Shown here in pieces: positions 42,880-51,379 of a stretch of 64,000 nt of DNA. The stretch covers positions 35,481 to 99,480 of the forward strand of contig JBGAPO010000005.1 in assembly GCA_044221195.1 (NCBI GenBank), given 5' to 3'. The position numbers were made by a program, and so were the translations under genes. Source of the stretch: Cyclobacteriaceae bacterium. GTDB taxonomy: Bacteria; Bacteroidota; Bacteroidia; Cytophagales; Cyclobacteriaceae. The notes below the pieces were generated by a model. That model had not been told where the DNA came from. It did not search any database and saw nothing but the letters and a program-made list of their open reading frames with translations. Each line of letters begins with the position of its first letter. Position 1 is the stretch's first letter.

Positions 42880-44096
42880 TCGAAGCGGATCGCCTTGATG
42901 GGGCTGATCCTGGAGATGATCGCCGTGGGCACCCACAGGACCAGGGCGACAACGACAAAAATCAAAACATTCAGGAAGATGACGATCGGCCAGTCCCAGG
43001 CGATAGGTACGTAGCTCATGTAGTAATCCTTCGGGTTCAGCGTGATGATCTTGAATTGATCCTGGATGAAGCAAATGCCCAGGCCGATGGCATTGCCCAG
43101 CAACAGTCCCCGCGCCACTAGGTTGATTCCCTGGTAAACAAACACCGACCGGATGGTGTGCCCGGCACTGCCTAACGCTTTGAGCATGCCGATCATTTGT
43201 GTGCGCTCCATCACCAGGATGAGAATGACGGAGATCATGTTGACACAGACTACAATGAGAATGACGCCCAGCAGGATATTGACCTGCCGGCTTACCAAGG
43301 CCAGCCATTCAAAAACCTGGACGAACCGGTCGCTGACGCGCTCCACGAGGAGATCGAAATCCATGGAGGCATTGATTTCGTCGTACGTATCATCCACCTT
43401 GTTCAAATCGTTGACGAAGACTTCCAGCCCGCCCGCGATGCTGTCGGGCCAGTCGTTGAGGCGCTGAACGAGGCGGAGGTCGGCGATGATAAACTTGTTG
43501 TCGAAATAATCAGATAAGTTTGTTTCATAGATTCCAGAAACACGCAGACGCCGGAAGCGCGGAGGGTCCTGGAAGAAGTGGATGGTAATGTCATCTCCTG
43601 TCTTCGCATGGATCTTGTCGGCAATGGACCGGCTGATGACGACTTCGCGGGAATAGCCCGAATCGGGGAACGCCAGGAACTTTCCATCCACCAGGTTGCC
43701 GGAGAAAGCCTGTTGGTCGAAATCGTGCCCGACACCCTTAATGATTACGCCCAATACCTCTTCCTCCGCCTTGACGAGTCCGGTCTTGTGACTGAAAGGC
43801 TGCACATGACGAATATTCGGGAATTGGCCGGGGTCGCGGTACAGGGGAATATTGATATCAATGGGCTGTTCCTCCACCGAATTGCTCAGGCTGAGTTTGG
43901 TGACGAGGATATTGGCACTAAAACTGTAGACCTTGTTCTTGACGGTGCTCTCAAAACCTTCCATGATGAGGAACGAAACAATGGATGCCGCCAGGCCGAT
44001 GGAAAGCGTGGCGATGGCAATCGTATAAATCGCCGAAGCCAGTCCCGACTTGTGGCCGGAGCTGATTCGCCGGGCGAGGAAATAGGAAAGGTTCAA
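42876..44096 (-). CDS. FtsX-like ABC transporter permease (LolC/LolE family)
   Basis: Track ORF 42876..44135 starts at a TTG only 1 nt from the divergent namZ-like ATG. I prefer the in-frame TTG at 44096, which gives MNLSYFLARRISSG, the usual N-terminus of this family. Four TM helices with a large periplasmic loop. The start is uncertain. Confidence 0.7.
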   Translation of the reverse strand: MNLSYFLARRISSGHKSGLASAIYTIAIATLSIGLAASIVSFLIMEGFESTVKNKVYSFSANILVTKLSLSNSVEEQPIDINIPLYRDPGQFPNIRHVQPFSHKTGLVKAEEEVLGVIIKGVGHDFDQQAFSGNLVDGKFLAFPDSGYSREVVISRSIADKIHAKTGDDITIHFFQDPPRFRRLRVSGIYETNLSDYFDNKFIIADLRLVQRLNDWPDSIAGGLEVFVNDLNKVDDTYDEINASMDFDLLVERVSDRFVQVFEWLALVSRQVNILLGVILIVVCVNMISVILILVMERTQMIGMLKALGSAGHTIRSVFVYQGINLVARGLLLGNAIGLGICFIQDQFKIITLNPKDYYMSYVPIAWDWPIVIFLNVLIFVVVALVLWVPTAIISRISPIKAIRFD

Positions 44097-44136
44097 GATT
44101 GCCGTATTTTTGAACTGGGCCTGTAAAGAACGCAAA

Positions 44137-45282
44137 ATGAAAAGACTTTTTCTCCTGTTGCTGATCCTTCCCTTGTGGGCCAGCGGTCAAAAGAGCAAAC
44201 TCCTCACCGGCGCCGATCAACTCGATGTGCTGCTGCCGAAATTGGCCGGCCAGCGCGTGGCCATGATGGTGAATCACACAGCAGTAGTGGGCAAACGCCA
44301 CCTGGCCGATACGCTGAAAGCGCGGGGCGTCAACCTGGTGAAGATCTTCGCGCCCGAACACGGGTTCCGCGGCACGGCGGACGCCGGCGAAACCATTCGC
44401 GACGGTGTAGACACGAATACCGGGGTTCCTGTCGTATCGCTCTACGGCAGAAATTATAAGGCGACACCGGAACAGGTTGCCGACATCGACGTCGTGGTAT
44501 TCGACATACAGGATGTCGGAGCGCGCTTCTTTACGTACATCAGTTCCCTGCACTACCTGATGGAAGCCTGCGCGGAGAACAACAAGAAGCTGATCATCCT
44601 CGACCGACCCAACCCCAACGGGAGTTATGTGGACGGCCCGGTCCGGAAACCAGAACAGAAGTCCTTTGTCGGCATGCACCCCATACCCATCACGCACGGG
44701 ATGACGATCGGCGAATATGCAAGGATGGTGAATGGTGAGGGCTGGCTCAAGGATAAGGAGGTTTGTTCACTGGAAGTGGTTCAGCTGAAGGGATGGAACC
44801 ATAAGGATTCCTATCACATTGCGCAGAAGCCGTCGCCGAACCTGCCCAGCGACCACGCGATCGGCATGTATCCGTCCACCTGCCTTTTTGAAGGCACCGT
44901 ACTGAGCATCGGCCGGGGTACGCAAAATCCCTTTGAAGTGGTGGGTGATCCCTATTTGAAGAATCAGCCTTACACCTTCACACCGGTGAGCATAGACGGA
45001 ATGTCGAAGGAGCCGCCATTGCAAGACCAGGTGTGCTATGGCCTGGATCTCCGGAACGAGAAGCTGCCGAAGGAGGTGACGTTGAAATATCTTATCAAGT
45101 TGTACAACGAGTATCCCAACAAGGAAAAGTTCTTCATTTCCTACTTCGACAAACTGGCCGGCAATACCACGCTGAAAGAGCAGATCAAGTCGGGCATGTC
45201 GGAGAAAGCAATCAAGGCCACCTGGAAAGCAGAGCTGGACGCGTTCAAAGCCATCCGCGCCAAGTACTTGTTATATCCGTAG
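44137..45282 (+). CDS. DUF1343 family protein (exo-beta-N-acetylmuramidase NamZ-like), secreted
   Basis: ORF trimmed to MKRLFLLLLILPLWASGQ. Contains GQRVAMMVNHTAVVG and IFAPEHGFRGTADAGE, typical of DUF1343. Confidence 0.75.
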   Translation: MKRLFLLLLILPLWASGQKSKLLTGADQLDVLLPKLAGQRVAMMVNHTAVVGKRHLADTLKARGVNLVKIFAPEHGFRGTADAGETIRDGVDTNTGVPVVSLYGRNYKATPEQVADIDVVVFDIQDVGARFFTYISSLHYLMEACAENNKKLIILDRPNPNGSYVDGPVRKPEQKSFVGMHPIPITHGMTIGEYARMVNGEGWLKDKEVCSLEVVQLKGWNHKDSYHIAQKPSPNLPSDHAIGMYPSTCLFEGTVLSIGRGTQNPFEVVGDPYLKNQPYTFTPVSIDGMSKEPPLQDQVCYGLDLRNEKLPKEVTLKYLIKLYNEYPNKEKFFISYFDKLAGNTTLKEQIKSGMSEKAIKATWKAELDAFKAIRAKYLLYP

Positions 45283-45285
45283 GCG

Positions 45286-45927
45286 ATGACCAAAGCCGAG
45301 AAGGTTAAGGACATCCTCGCCATCCTGGACAAGCACTTCCCGGACGTCAAGGTGCCCTTGGAGCATTACGACGCCTACACGTTGTTGATATCCGTGCTCT
45401 TGTCCGCCCAATGCACCGATGAGCGCGTGAACAAGATTGCGCCGTTGCTCTTCGCCAAAGCCGACAACCCCTACGACATGCTCAAGCTGAGCGTGGATGA
45501 AATTCGGGAGATCATCAAGCCGTGCGGGCTGTCGCCGATGAAGTCGAAGGGCATTTACGGCCTGTCGAAGATACTGGTGGAGAAATATGACGGGAAGGTG
45601 CCCGACACTTTTGAAGCGTTGGAGGAACTGCCGTCGATAGGGCACAAGACCGCTTCCGTCGTGATGACGCAGTGGTTTGGCAAGCCTGCCTTTCCCGTGG
45701 ACACCCACATTCACCGGTTGGCTCACCGGTGGGGTTTATCCAGCGGAAAGAGCGTAGAGCAGACAGAAAAGGATCTGAAGCGGCTGATCCCTGAAGAAAA
45801 GTGGGCAAAGGCACACCTGCAGATCATCTATTTTGGCAGAACCTTTTGTCCGGCCCGCGGGCACGATTGGAAGAAATGTCCGGTGTGCAGCAAGTATCTT
45901 CGCAAAGAATTAAGGGCGGGAGGTTGA
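45286..45927 (+). CDS. nth: endonuclease III
   Basis: Aligns by eye to E. coli Nth: LLISVLLSAQCTD, the HhH plus catalytic Lys in LPSIGHKTASVVM, and VDTHIHR. The C-terminal Cys loop is atypical (see finding). Confidence 0.85.
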   Translation: MTKAEKVKDILAILDKHFPDVKVPLEHYDAYTLLISVLLSAQCTDERVNKIAPLLFAKADNPYDMLKLSVDEIREIIKPCGLSPMKSKGIYGLSKILVEKYDGKVPDTFEALEELPSIGHKTASVVMTQWFGKPAFPVDTHIHRLAHRWGLSSGKSVEQTEKDLKRLIPEEKWAKAHLQIIYFGRTFCPARGHDWKKCPVCSKYLRKELRAGG

Positions 45928-45933
45928 GAAAGC

Positions 45934-46024
45934 GTGAACTGTGAACCGTGAACAGCATCCTCGGAACTCGAAACTCGAAACTCGAAACTCGGAACTCGAA
46001 ACTTTGAACCTTGAACTTTGAACT
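45934..46024. repeat. 13 in-phase heptads with an RAAC core filling the nth-fmt spacer
   Basis: GTGAACT GTGAACC GTGAACA GCATCCT CGGAACT CGAAACT CGAAACT CGAAACT CGGAACT CGAAACT TTGAACC TTGAACT TTGAACT. Confidence 0.95.
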
Positions 46025-46033
46025 GGTAAGTGA

Positions 46034-46951
46034 ATGAATTCCCTCCGCATCATTTTCATGGGAACCCCCGAGTTTGCTGTTGCCAGCCTGGAAGCGCTCG
46101 TGCAGGCAGGATGTGAGGTCGTGGGCGTTATCACCGCACCCGATAAGCCCCAGGGCCGGGGACAGGAACTGAAAGGCTCGCCGGTGAAGGAATGTGCAGT
46201 CAAACACGGGATTCCCGTCCTGCAGCCCGTCAACCTGAAGTCGCCGGAATTTATTGATGAGTTGAAGAGCTACCGTGCCGACCTGCAGGTGGTCGTTGCC
46301 TTCCGGATGCTTCCTGAAGTGGTGTGGAACATGCCGCGGCTGGGAACTTTCAACCTCCATGCTTCCCTGCTGCCGCAGTACCGCGGTGCCGCGCCCATCA
46401 ACTGGGCCATCATCAACGGAGAAAAAGAGACCGGCGTGACCACCTTCTTCCTTCGTCACGAAATCGATACCGGCAGCATCATCTTCCAGGAGCGCGAACC
46501 CATTCACGACGATGATGACGTCGGCCGACTGTACGAGCGCCTGATGAATAAAGGGGCGCAGTTGGTTGTAAAAACAGTCAAGGCCATTGAGTCGGGCAGT
46601 TATCCAGCCATCGAACAGAAGCCGGCGGGCGAGCTGAAATCAGCTCCCAAGATTTTTAAAGACACCTGTGCCGTCAACTGGCATCACGGGTCGGAAGCCG
46701 TCCGCAACTTTGTCCGGGGTCTAAGCCCGTATCCGGCTGCGTGGACGAGAATTCATGAGAAGGTCTTCAAGATCTATCGTGTGGAAGTTCTGCCGCCATC
46801 TGCCGGCAACCGCGCTCATGCCTGGGAAACCGACAACAAGACTTACCTTCGCTTCCGCACCGGCGACGGTTGGGTAGCTGTAAAAGAATTCCAACCCGAA
46901 GGCAAGAAGCGGATGATGGTGGAAGATTATTTTAAAGGCAACAAGATTTAG
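46034..46951 (+). CDS. fmt: methionyl-tRNA formyltransferase
   Basis: Contains [22 protein letters not shown] and [20 protein letters not shown]. Confidence 0.92.
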   Translation: MNSLRIIFMGTPEFAVASLEALVQAGCEVVGVITAPDKPQGRGQELKGSPVKECAVKHGIPVLQPVNLKSPEFIDELKSYRADLQVVVAFRMLPEVVWNMPRLGTFNLHASLLPQYRGAAPINWAIINGEKETGVTTFFLRHEIDTGSIIFQEREPIHDDDDVGRLYERLMNKGAQLVVKTVKAIESGSYPAIEQKPAGELKSAPKIFKDTCAVNWHHGSEAVRNFVRGLSPYPAAWTRIHEKVFKIYRVEVLPPSAGNRAHAWETDNKTYLRFRTGDGWVAVKEFQPEGKKRMMVEDYFKGNKI

Positions 46952-46964
46952 CCGGCACCAAGGC

Positions 46965-47465
46965 ATGAAGATTTCATTAATCGCAGCGCTCACCCGCAAC
47001 CGCGTCATCGGCAAAGACAACGACCTGCCCTGGCATTTGCCCGACGACATGAAATACTTCATGCAGACCACGAAGGGGCATCACGTCATCATGGGCCGCA
47101 AGAATTACGATTCCATCCCGGAGAAGTTCCGTCCCCTCCCCAACCGGACCAATATCGTCGTGAGCCGGCAGAAAGATCTTACGCTACCCGGCTGCCAGGT
47201 AGTGAATTCCCTGGACGCTGCGGTGGATATCGCCCGCAAGGCCGGCGAACCTGAACTGTTCATCATCGGGGGCGCCACCATTTACCGGCTGGGGCTTCCC
47301 ATCGCCAACCGGCTTTACCTTACCGAAATTGAAGCGGATCTGGACGGCGACACCCATTTTCCGGCCTGGAACAAGTCCGAATGGAAAGAGGCTTCACGAA
47401 AGCATCATCCGGCGGACGAGCGTCATGCATATGGTTTTGACTTTGTAATTTACGATCACATCTGA
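46965..47465 (+). CDS. folA: dihydrofolate reductase
   Basis: Contains [30 protein letters not shown] and [11 protein letters not shown]. Confidence 0.9.
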   Translation: MKISLIAALTRNRVIGKDNDLPWHLPDDMKYFMQTTKGHHVIMGRKNYDSIPEKFRPLPNRTNIVVSRQKDLTLPGCQVVNSLDAAVDIARKAGEPELFIIGGATIYRLGLPIANRLYLTEIEADLDGDTHFPAWNKSEWKEASRKHHPADERHAYGFDFVIYDHI

Positions 47466-47469
47466 CACA

Positions 47470-47850
47470 ATGGACTCACATAAACGCATTCTCGGCATCA
47501 TCTTCATCGTTTCGGGGATTTTGCTCGTCATGGCCATGATGATCCTGGCGATGGTTTTCTCCTTGTTCATCCCATGGATTGCCGATGCCGCGGGCGAAGA
47601 CCAGCAGTGGGTATTCTCCTGGCTGATCCCGTTCATTCGGTTTATTGCCATCCTGGTCTGCGTCGTCATTGCACTGCCTTCTCTCATCGCCGGGTGGGGC
47701 CTTTTGAACAATAAGTCGTGGGCCATGCTACTGGCACTCATCGTGGGCTGCCTGCGCCTGTTCTCCTTCCCCATCGGAACGGCCATCGGCATTTACACCA
47801 TCTGGGTTTACGTGGAAGACAACCGCATTAAAAGCGAGCGGCCGATATGA
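47470..47850 (+). CDS. small integral membrane protein (4 TM), unknown function
   Basis: 126 aa with four hydrophobic segments. Its stop overlaps the next start (ATGA at 47847-50). Confidence 0.6.
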   Translation: MDSHKRILGIIFIVSGILLVMAMMILAMVFSLFIPWIADAAGEDQQWVFSWLIPFIRFIAILVCVVIALPSLIAGWGLLNNKSWAMLLALIVGCLRLFSFPIGTAIGIYTIWVYVEDNRIKSERPI

Positions 47851-48653
47851 GTCTACAGGGAAAGGTGATCTGGCTGACCGGCGCTTCATCGGGTATCGGT
47901 GAGTCGTTGGCTTATGAACTGGCCCGCAAGAAAGTGAAGCTGATTCTCTCCGCCCGTCGGAAGGAAGAATTGGAGCGCGTCAAGGGCAATTGCCATCCGC
48001 TGGCACAGCCCGACATCAAGCTGCTCCCGTTTGATCTGGCGGAAGCCGCCAACCTGCAGTTGATTACGGAAGCGGCCATTCACTTATTCGGACATATTGA
48101 TATCCTCATCAACAACGGCGGAATCAGTCAACGAAGCCTGGCCAAGGACACGCTTGTCAATGTCGACCGCAAGATCATGGAGGTCGATTACTTCGGAACG
48201 CTGACCATTACCAAGTATTTGCTGCCGCACTTCCTCAAGCGCAAGAGCGGACACTATGTCGTGGTGACCAGCGCCATGGGACTCATCGGCACACCGTACC
48301 GTTCGGGCTATGCGGCGGCCAAGCACGCCCTGCATGGTTTCTTCGATTCACTTCGGGCGGAACTTTGGAAGGAGAGTAAGTACATTTACGTCACGCTGGT
48401 TTGCCCCGGATGGGTGCACACCAGCATTTCTGTCAACGCGATGACGGGCGACGGATCGAAGCTCAACAAAATGGACGCGACGACGCACCATGGGCTTGAC
48501 CCGAAAGTGTTTGCCAAAAAAATGGTGCGAGCCATCGAGCAGCGCAAGAATGAGGTATATATCGGCGGACTGAAAGAAGTTTCGGCGATCTACCTGAAGC
48601 GGTTTCTCCCCGATCTTTTCGCGCGTCTCGTGCGCACCGCCAAAGTTCGCTGA
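47847..48653 (+). CDS. short-chain dehydrogenase/reductase (SDR)
   Basis: Contains TGASSGIGESLA (TGxxxGxG), NNGG and the catalytic YAAAKHAL (YxxxK). Confidence 0.85.
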   Translation: MSLQGKVIWLTGASSGIGESLAYELARKKVKLILSARRKEELERVKGNCHPLAQPDIKLLPFDLAEAANLQLITEAAIHLFGHIDILINNGGISQRSLAKDTLVNVDRKIMEVDYFGTLTITKYLLPHFLKRKSGHYVVVTSAMGLIGTPYRSGYAAAKHALHGFFDSLRAELWKESKYIYVTLVCPGWVHTSISVNAMTGDGSKLNKMDATTHHGLDPKVFAKKMVRAIEQRKNEVYIGGLKEVSAIYLKRFLPDLFARLVRTAKVR

Positions 48654-49402
48654 TGGCCTGGTACGAATACATCCTCATCACCTTTGTCGGATTTCTCGCG
48701 GCGTTCATGAACACGGTCGGGGGCGGCGGGTCCTTGTTCTCCGTACCGATCCTAACCTTCCTCGGCCTGCCCATCACCATGGCCAATGCCACAAGCCGGG
48801 TGGCGATCCTCTTTCAGAACGTCTTTGCGGTCATCGGCTTCAAGAGCAAAGGCGTTAAACTTCCCTGGCCCTACAGTATTTACCTCGGACTGGCGTCGCT
48901 GGGCGGCGGCATCCTGGGTTCGTTCCTCGCGTCGCGCATCGCCGACGAAGTCTTTTCAAAAATCTTTGTAGGCATCATGTTCCTTTCCGTCATCCTGATC
49001 ATCTACGATCCGTTCAAATCAAAAGGAGAAGAAAAGTTGGACACCCGCAGCCAGATTATCGGCAGCCTGTTCTTTGTCCTGCTGGGTGTCTACGGCGGGT
49101 TTGTTCAGGCCGGCATTGGGTTCATGGTCATTGCCGTACTGAGCCTGGTGAACAACCTGAACCTGGTTACCGCGAACTATGTTAAAGTGTTTGCGGCCAT
49201 TGTGTACACCGGCGTCTCTGTTCTTGTTTTCGGAATCCAAGGCAAGATCCAGTGGTCAACCGGGTTGGTCCTTGCCGTCGGTCATGCCCTGGGAGGCTGG
49301 TATGCCAGCCGCTGGTCGGTTTCCGCCGGTGAAGCGTGGATCAAGCGGGTGATGGTGGTGTCGATTATTGCGATGGCGGTGAAGTTGTGGTTCTGGGGGT
49401 GA
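48653..49402 (+). CDS. TauE/SafE family sulfite/anion exporter membrane protein
   Basis: 249 aa with about 8 TM segments. The N-terminal FMNTVGGGGSLFSVPILTFLGLP is typical of the family. Confidence 0.7.
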   Translation: MAWYEYILITFVGFLAAFMNTVGGGGSLFSVPILTFLGLPITMANATSRVAILFQNVFAVIGFKSKGVKLPWPYSIYLGLASLGGGILGSFLASRIADEVFSKIFVGIMFLSVILIIYDPFKSKGEEKLDTRSQIIGSLFFVLLGVYGGFVQAGIGFMVIAVLSLVNNLNLVTANYVKVFAAIVYTGVSVLVFGIQGKIQWSTGLVLAVGHALGGWYASRWSVSAGEAWIKRVMVVSIIAMAVKLWFWG

Positions 49403-49432
49403 GCTGTGAACGAAGGCCGTTGGACCTGGCGT

Positions 49433-49571
49433 CCGTCAGGCTTCGGCTTCGCTCAGCCTGACGGTGTACCCAAATTTGAACCTGGTTCCGTCACCCTGAG
49501 CGGAGCCGAAGGGCCGTCACCCTGAGCGGAGCCGAAGTGCCGTCACCCTGAGCGGAGCCGAAGGGTGACGC
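49433..49571. repeat. REP/BIME-like cluster: one inverted hairpin unit plus three 26-nt tandem units
   Basis: The inverted unit is CCGTCAGGC-TTCGGCTTCGCTCA-GCCTGACGG (49433-64). CCGTCACCCTGAGCGGAGCCGAAG[G/T]G then repeats at 49488, 49514 and 49540. The last copy closes as the hairpin CGTCACCC...GGGTGACG. Confidence 0.9.
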
Positions 49572-49618
49572 CGCACGTTAACGGATGTATGCTCATCGGC
49601 AGTAGGGGATTAGTTGAA

Positions 49619-50077
49619 ATGAATAGCACTATGCTCAAATGGATTGACGTTTTGAACTATGCCAGGAATGGCAACCCGGTGGCGCCGCGGCGCGTGGAGA
49701 AGAGCGACGAGGAGTGGAAGAAGCTCTTGCCGGCAGATGTATTTCAGATTGCCCGCCAAAAAGGAACAGAGCGGGCATTTACCGGGGAATATTGCGAGGC
49801 GCATGAGCCGGGCAAGTACGCCTGCCGCTGCTGTGGCACACCCCTGTTTGACTCAACTTTGAAATTCGAATCGGGTACCGGCTGGCCGAGCTTCACGCAG
49901 CCGATAGCGGAAAATGCCATCGCCTACCACAAAGACAGCAGCTACGGGATGGTTCGCGTGGAAGTTCTTTGTAATGTTTGTGACGGTCACCTGGGCCATG
50001 TGTTCCCGGACGGACCGGAACCCAGCGGCTTGCGGTATTGCATCAATTCAGCATCGATCCAACTGATCGGAGATTAA
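49619..50077 (+). CDS. msrB: peptide-methionine (R)-S-oxide reductase
   Basis: ORF trimmed to ATG 49619; the start is uncertain. Contains GTERAFTGEY, the Zn Cys pairs CRCCGTPLF and CNVCDGHLGHVF, and the catalytic RYCINS. Confidence 0.88.
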   Translation: MNSTMLKWIDVLNYARNGNPVAPRRVEKSDEEWKKLLPADVFQIARQKGTERAFTGEYCEAHEPGKYACRCCGTPLFDSTLKFESGTGWPSFTQPIAENAIAYHKDSSYGMVRVEVLCNVCDGHLGHVFPDGPEPSGLRYCINSASIQLIGD

Positions 50078-50113
50078 TCACACTGCGCGGGCATTAATGC
50101 CGGCGCAGTGTGA
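50078..50113. terminator. bidirectional hairpin between convergent msrB and cutC
   Basis: TCACACTGCGC (50078-88) pairs perfectly with GCGCAGTGTGA (50103-13). The loop extends the stem with the inner palindrome GGCATTAATGCC. Confidence 0.7.
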
Positions 50114-50146
50114 TAAATGCCTGGCCAGAAGTCAAGTTTGCTGGGC

Positions 50147-50893
50147 TTATTTCATCGCCCCTTCCGCCAACTCCCGCATTTTCCTGACCCGGGCGGGGTC
50201 GACAGTCCGCAACATAAACTCTGAACTCCCCTGCTCGCCCATTGCCGCGATCGATTCGTTGCGGAATGTCATCAGGCTTTCTTTTTGGGTGGTGGAACTG
50301 AAATGAATTTCTTTAGCGCCTGTCTTTGAAACAATCGCCTGTACGGTCTGCTCATTCACGCCGGAGCCGGGCATGATCTTGATCCGGTCGCCGGCCGACT
50401 CGATCAGCTGACGAATCAAATCAAGGCCTTCCGACGCTTTGGGGCGCTGACCAGCTGTCAGGATCCGTTCAAAGCCGACTTCGATGCAATCGTCGAGTGC
50501 TTCAAAGGGATCCCTGGTCATATCGAACGCCCGGTGGCATGTACACTTGAGCGGCTTTGCCTTCTCGATGAGTTCTTTGCAGCGGACTTTGTCCAACGTA
50601 CCATCCGGATTCAAGATGCCGAATACAAATCCGTCAACACCGAGCTTTTGAAACTGGAAGATATCGCGCTTCATCGCGTGAAACTCGTAGCGGTTGTAGC
50701 AGAAGTCGCCGCCGCGGGGGCGTATCATTACGTAAACGTCCATTGAAACATTCTGACGGACGACCTCGACCGTTCCCGGTGAAGGCGTGGTTCCCCCTTC
50801 TGCAGGATTGTCGCACAATTCAATTCGGTCGGCGCCGCCCTCCTGCGCTTTGAGGGCGGATTCAATGTTGTAGACGACAACTTCGCAGATCAT
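50147..50893 (-). CDS. cutC: copper homeostasis protein CutC family
   Basis: Contains EVVVYNIESALKAQEGGADRIELCDNPAEGGTTPS and HRAFD, typical of CutC. Confidence 0.85.
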   Translation of the reverse strand: MICEVVVYNIESALKAQEGGADRIELCDNPAEGGTTPSPGTVEVVRQNVSMDVYVMIRPRGGDFCYNRYEFHAMKRDIFQFQKLGVDGFVFGILNPDGTLDKVRCKELIEKAKPLKCTCHRAFDMTRDPFEALDDCIEVGFERILTAGQRPKASEGLDLIRQLIESAGDRIKIMPGSGVNEQTVQAIVSKTGAKEIHFSSTTQKESLMTFRNESIAAMGEQGSSEFMLRTVDPARVRKMRELAEGAMK

Positions 50894-50916
50894 AACAGCT
50901 ATTTAGTATATTTATT

Positions 50917-51369
50917 TTGAAACTCCGCACACTGAGACTCACACTCATCATAGGGATCATCTTACTATCTCTTACCGCATCCGGACAAGAAATCGATAGC
51001 GCCGCCTATCGCCAATACTACAACGAGCACGCACTTTTTTGGAATGGTAGCAGCTGGAACAAATACTCCCAAAATGGAAAACTGTATTCTTTCAAGCAGA
51101 TGGAAGATGTCGTTCGCTTCAGTCCGGACGCTACCCGCTCATACCATCAATTCATGAAAGATCGAACCGCATCGGCAATACTCTTGGGATTAAGTACTGG
51201 TCTGATCGCGAGCAGTATTCTCGTCAAATCTCCTGAATTGAAAGGAGGGCTTGCCATTGGTGGCTTAACTATTGCCTGCATTGCAATACCGCTCTCCAAA
51301 AGATGGACATTCCAACTCAATAGGACAATCTGGATCTATAACCGGGAGATCATGTTGCAACGTAATTGA
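50917..51369 (+). CDS. hypothetical membrane protein (signal peptide + 2 TM), lower GC than flanks
   Basis: TTG start. 150 aa. LTLIIGIILLSLTASGQ, then a soluble segment, then two hydrophobic helices. No motif recognised. Confidence 0.5.
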   Translation: MKLRTLRLTLIIGIILLSLTASGQEIDSAAYRQYYNEHALFWNGSSWNKYSQNGKLYSFKQMEDVVRFSPDATRSYHQFMKDRTASAILLGLSTGLIASSILVKSPELKGGLAIGGLTIACIAIPLSKRWTFQLNRTIWIYNREIMLQRN

Positions 51370-51379
51370 TGGTCACTGG

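Noticed and set aside
42073-43308. N-terminal 412 codons of track ORF 41563..43308 (581 aa).
   Set aside because: Only the last 169 codons (from ATG 42072) encode a recognisable HAD phosphatase. The rest is antisense to the GT2 gene and overlaps the lolE-like gene in a different frame.
14153-46024. CRISPR interpretation of the repeat arrays.
   Set aside because: Units are 7-11 nt and directly abutting, with no unique spacers. No cas genes are in the window.
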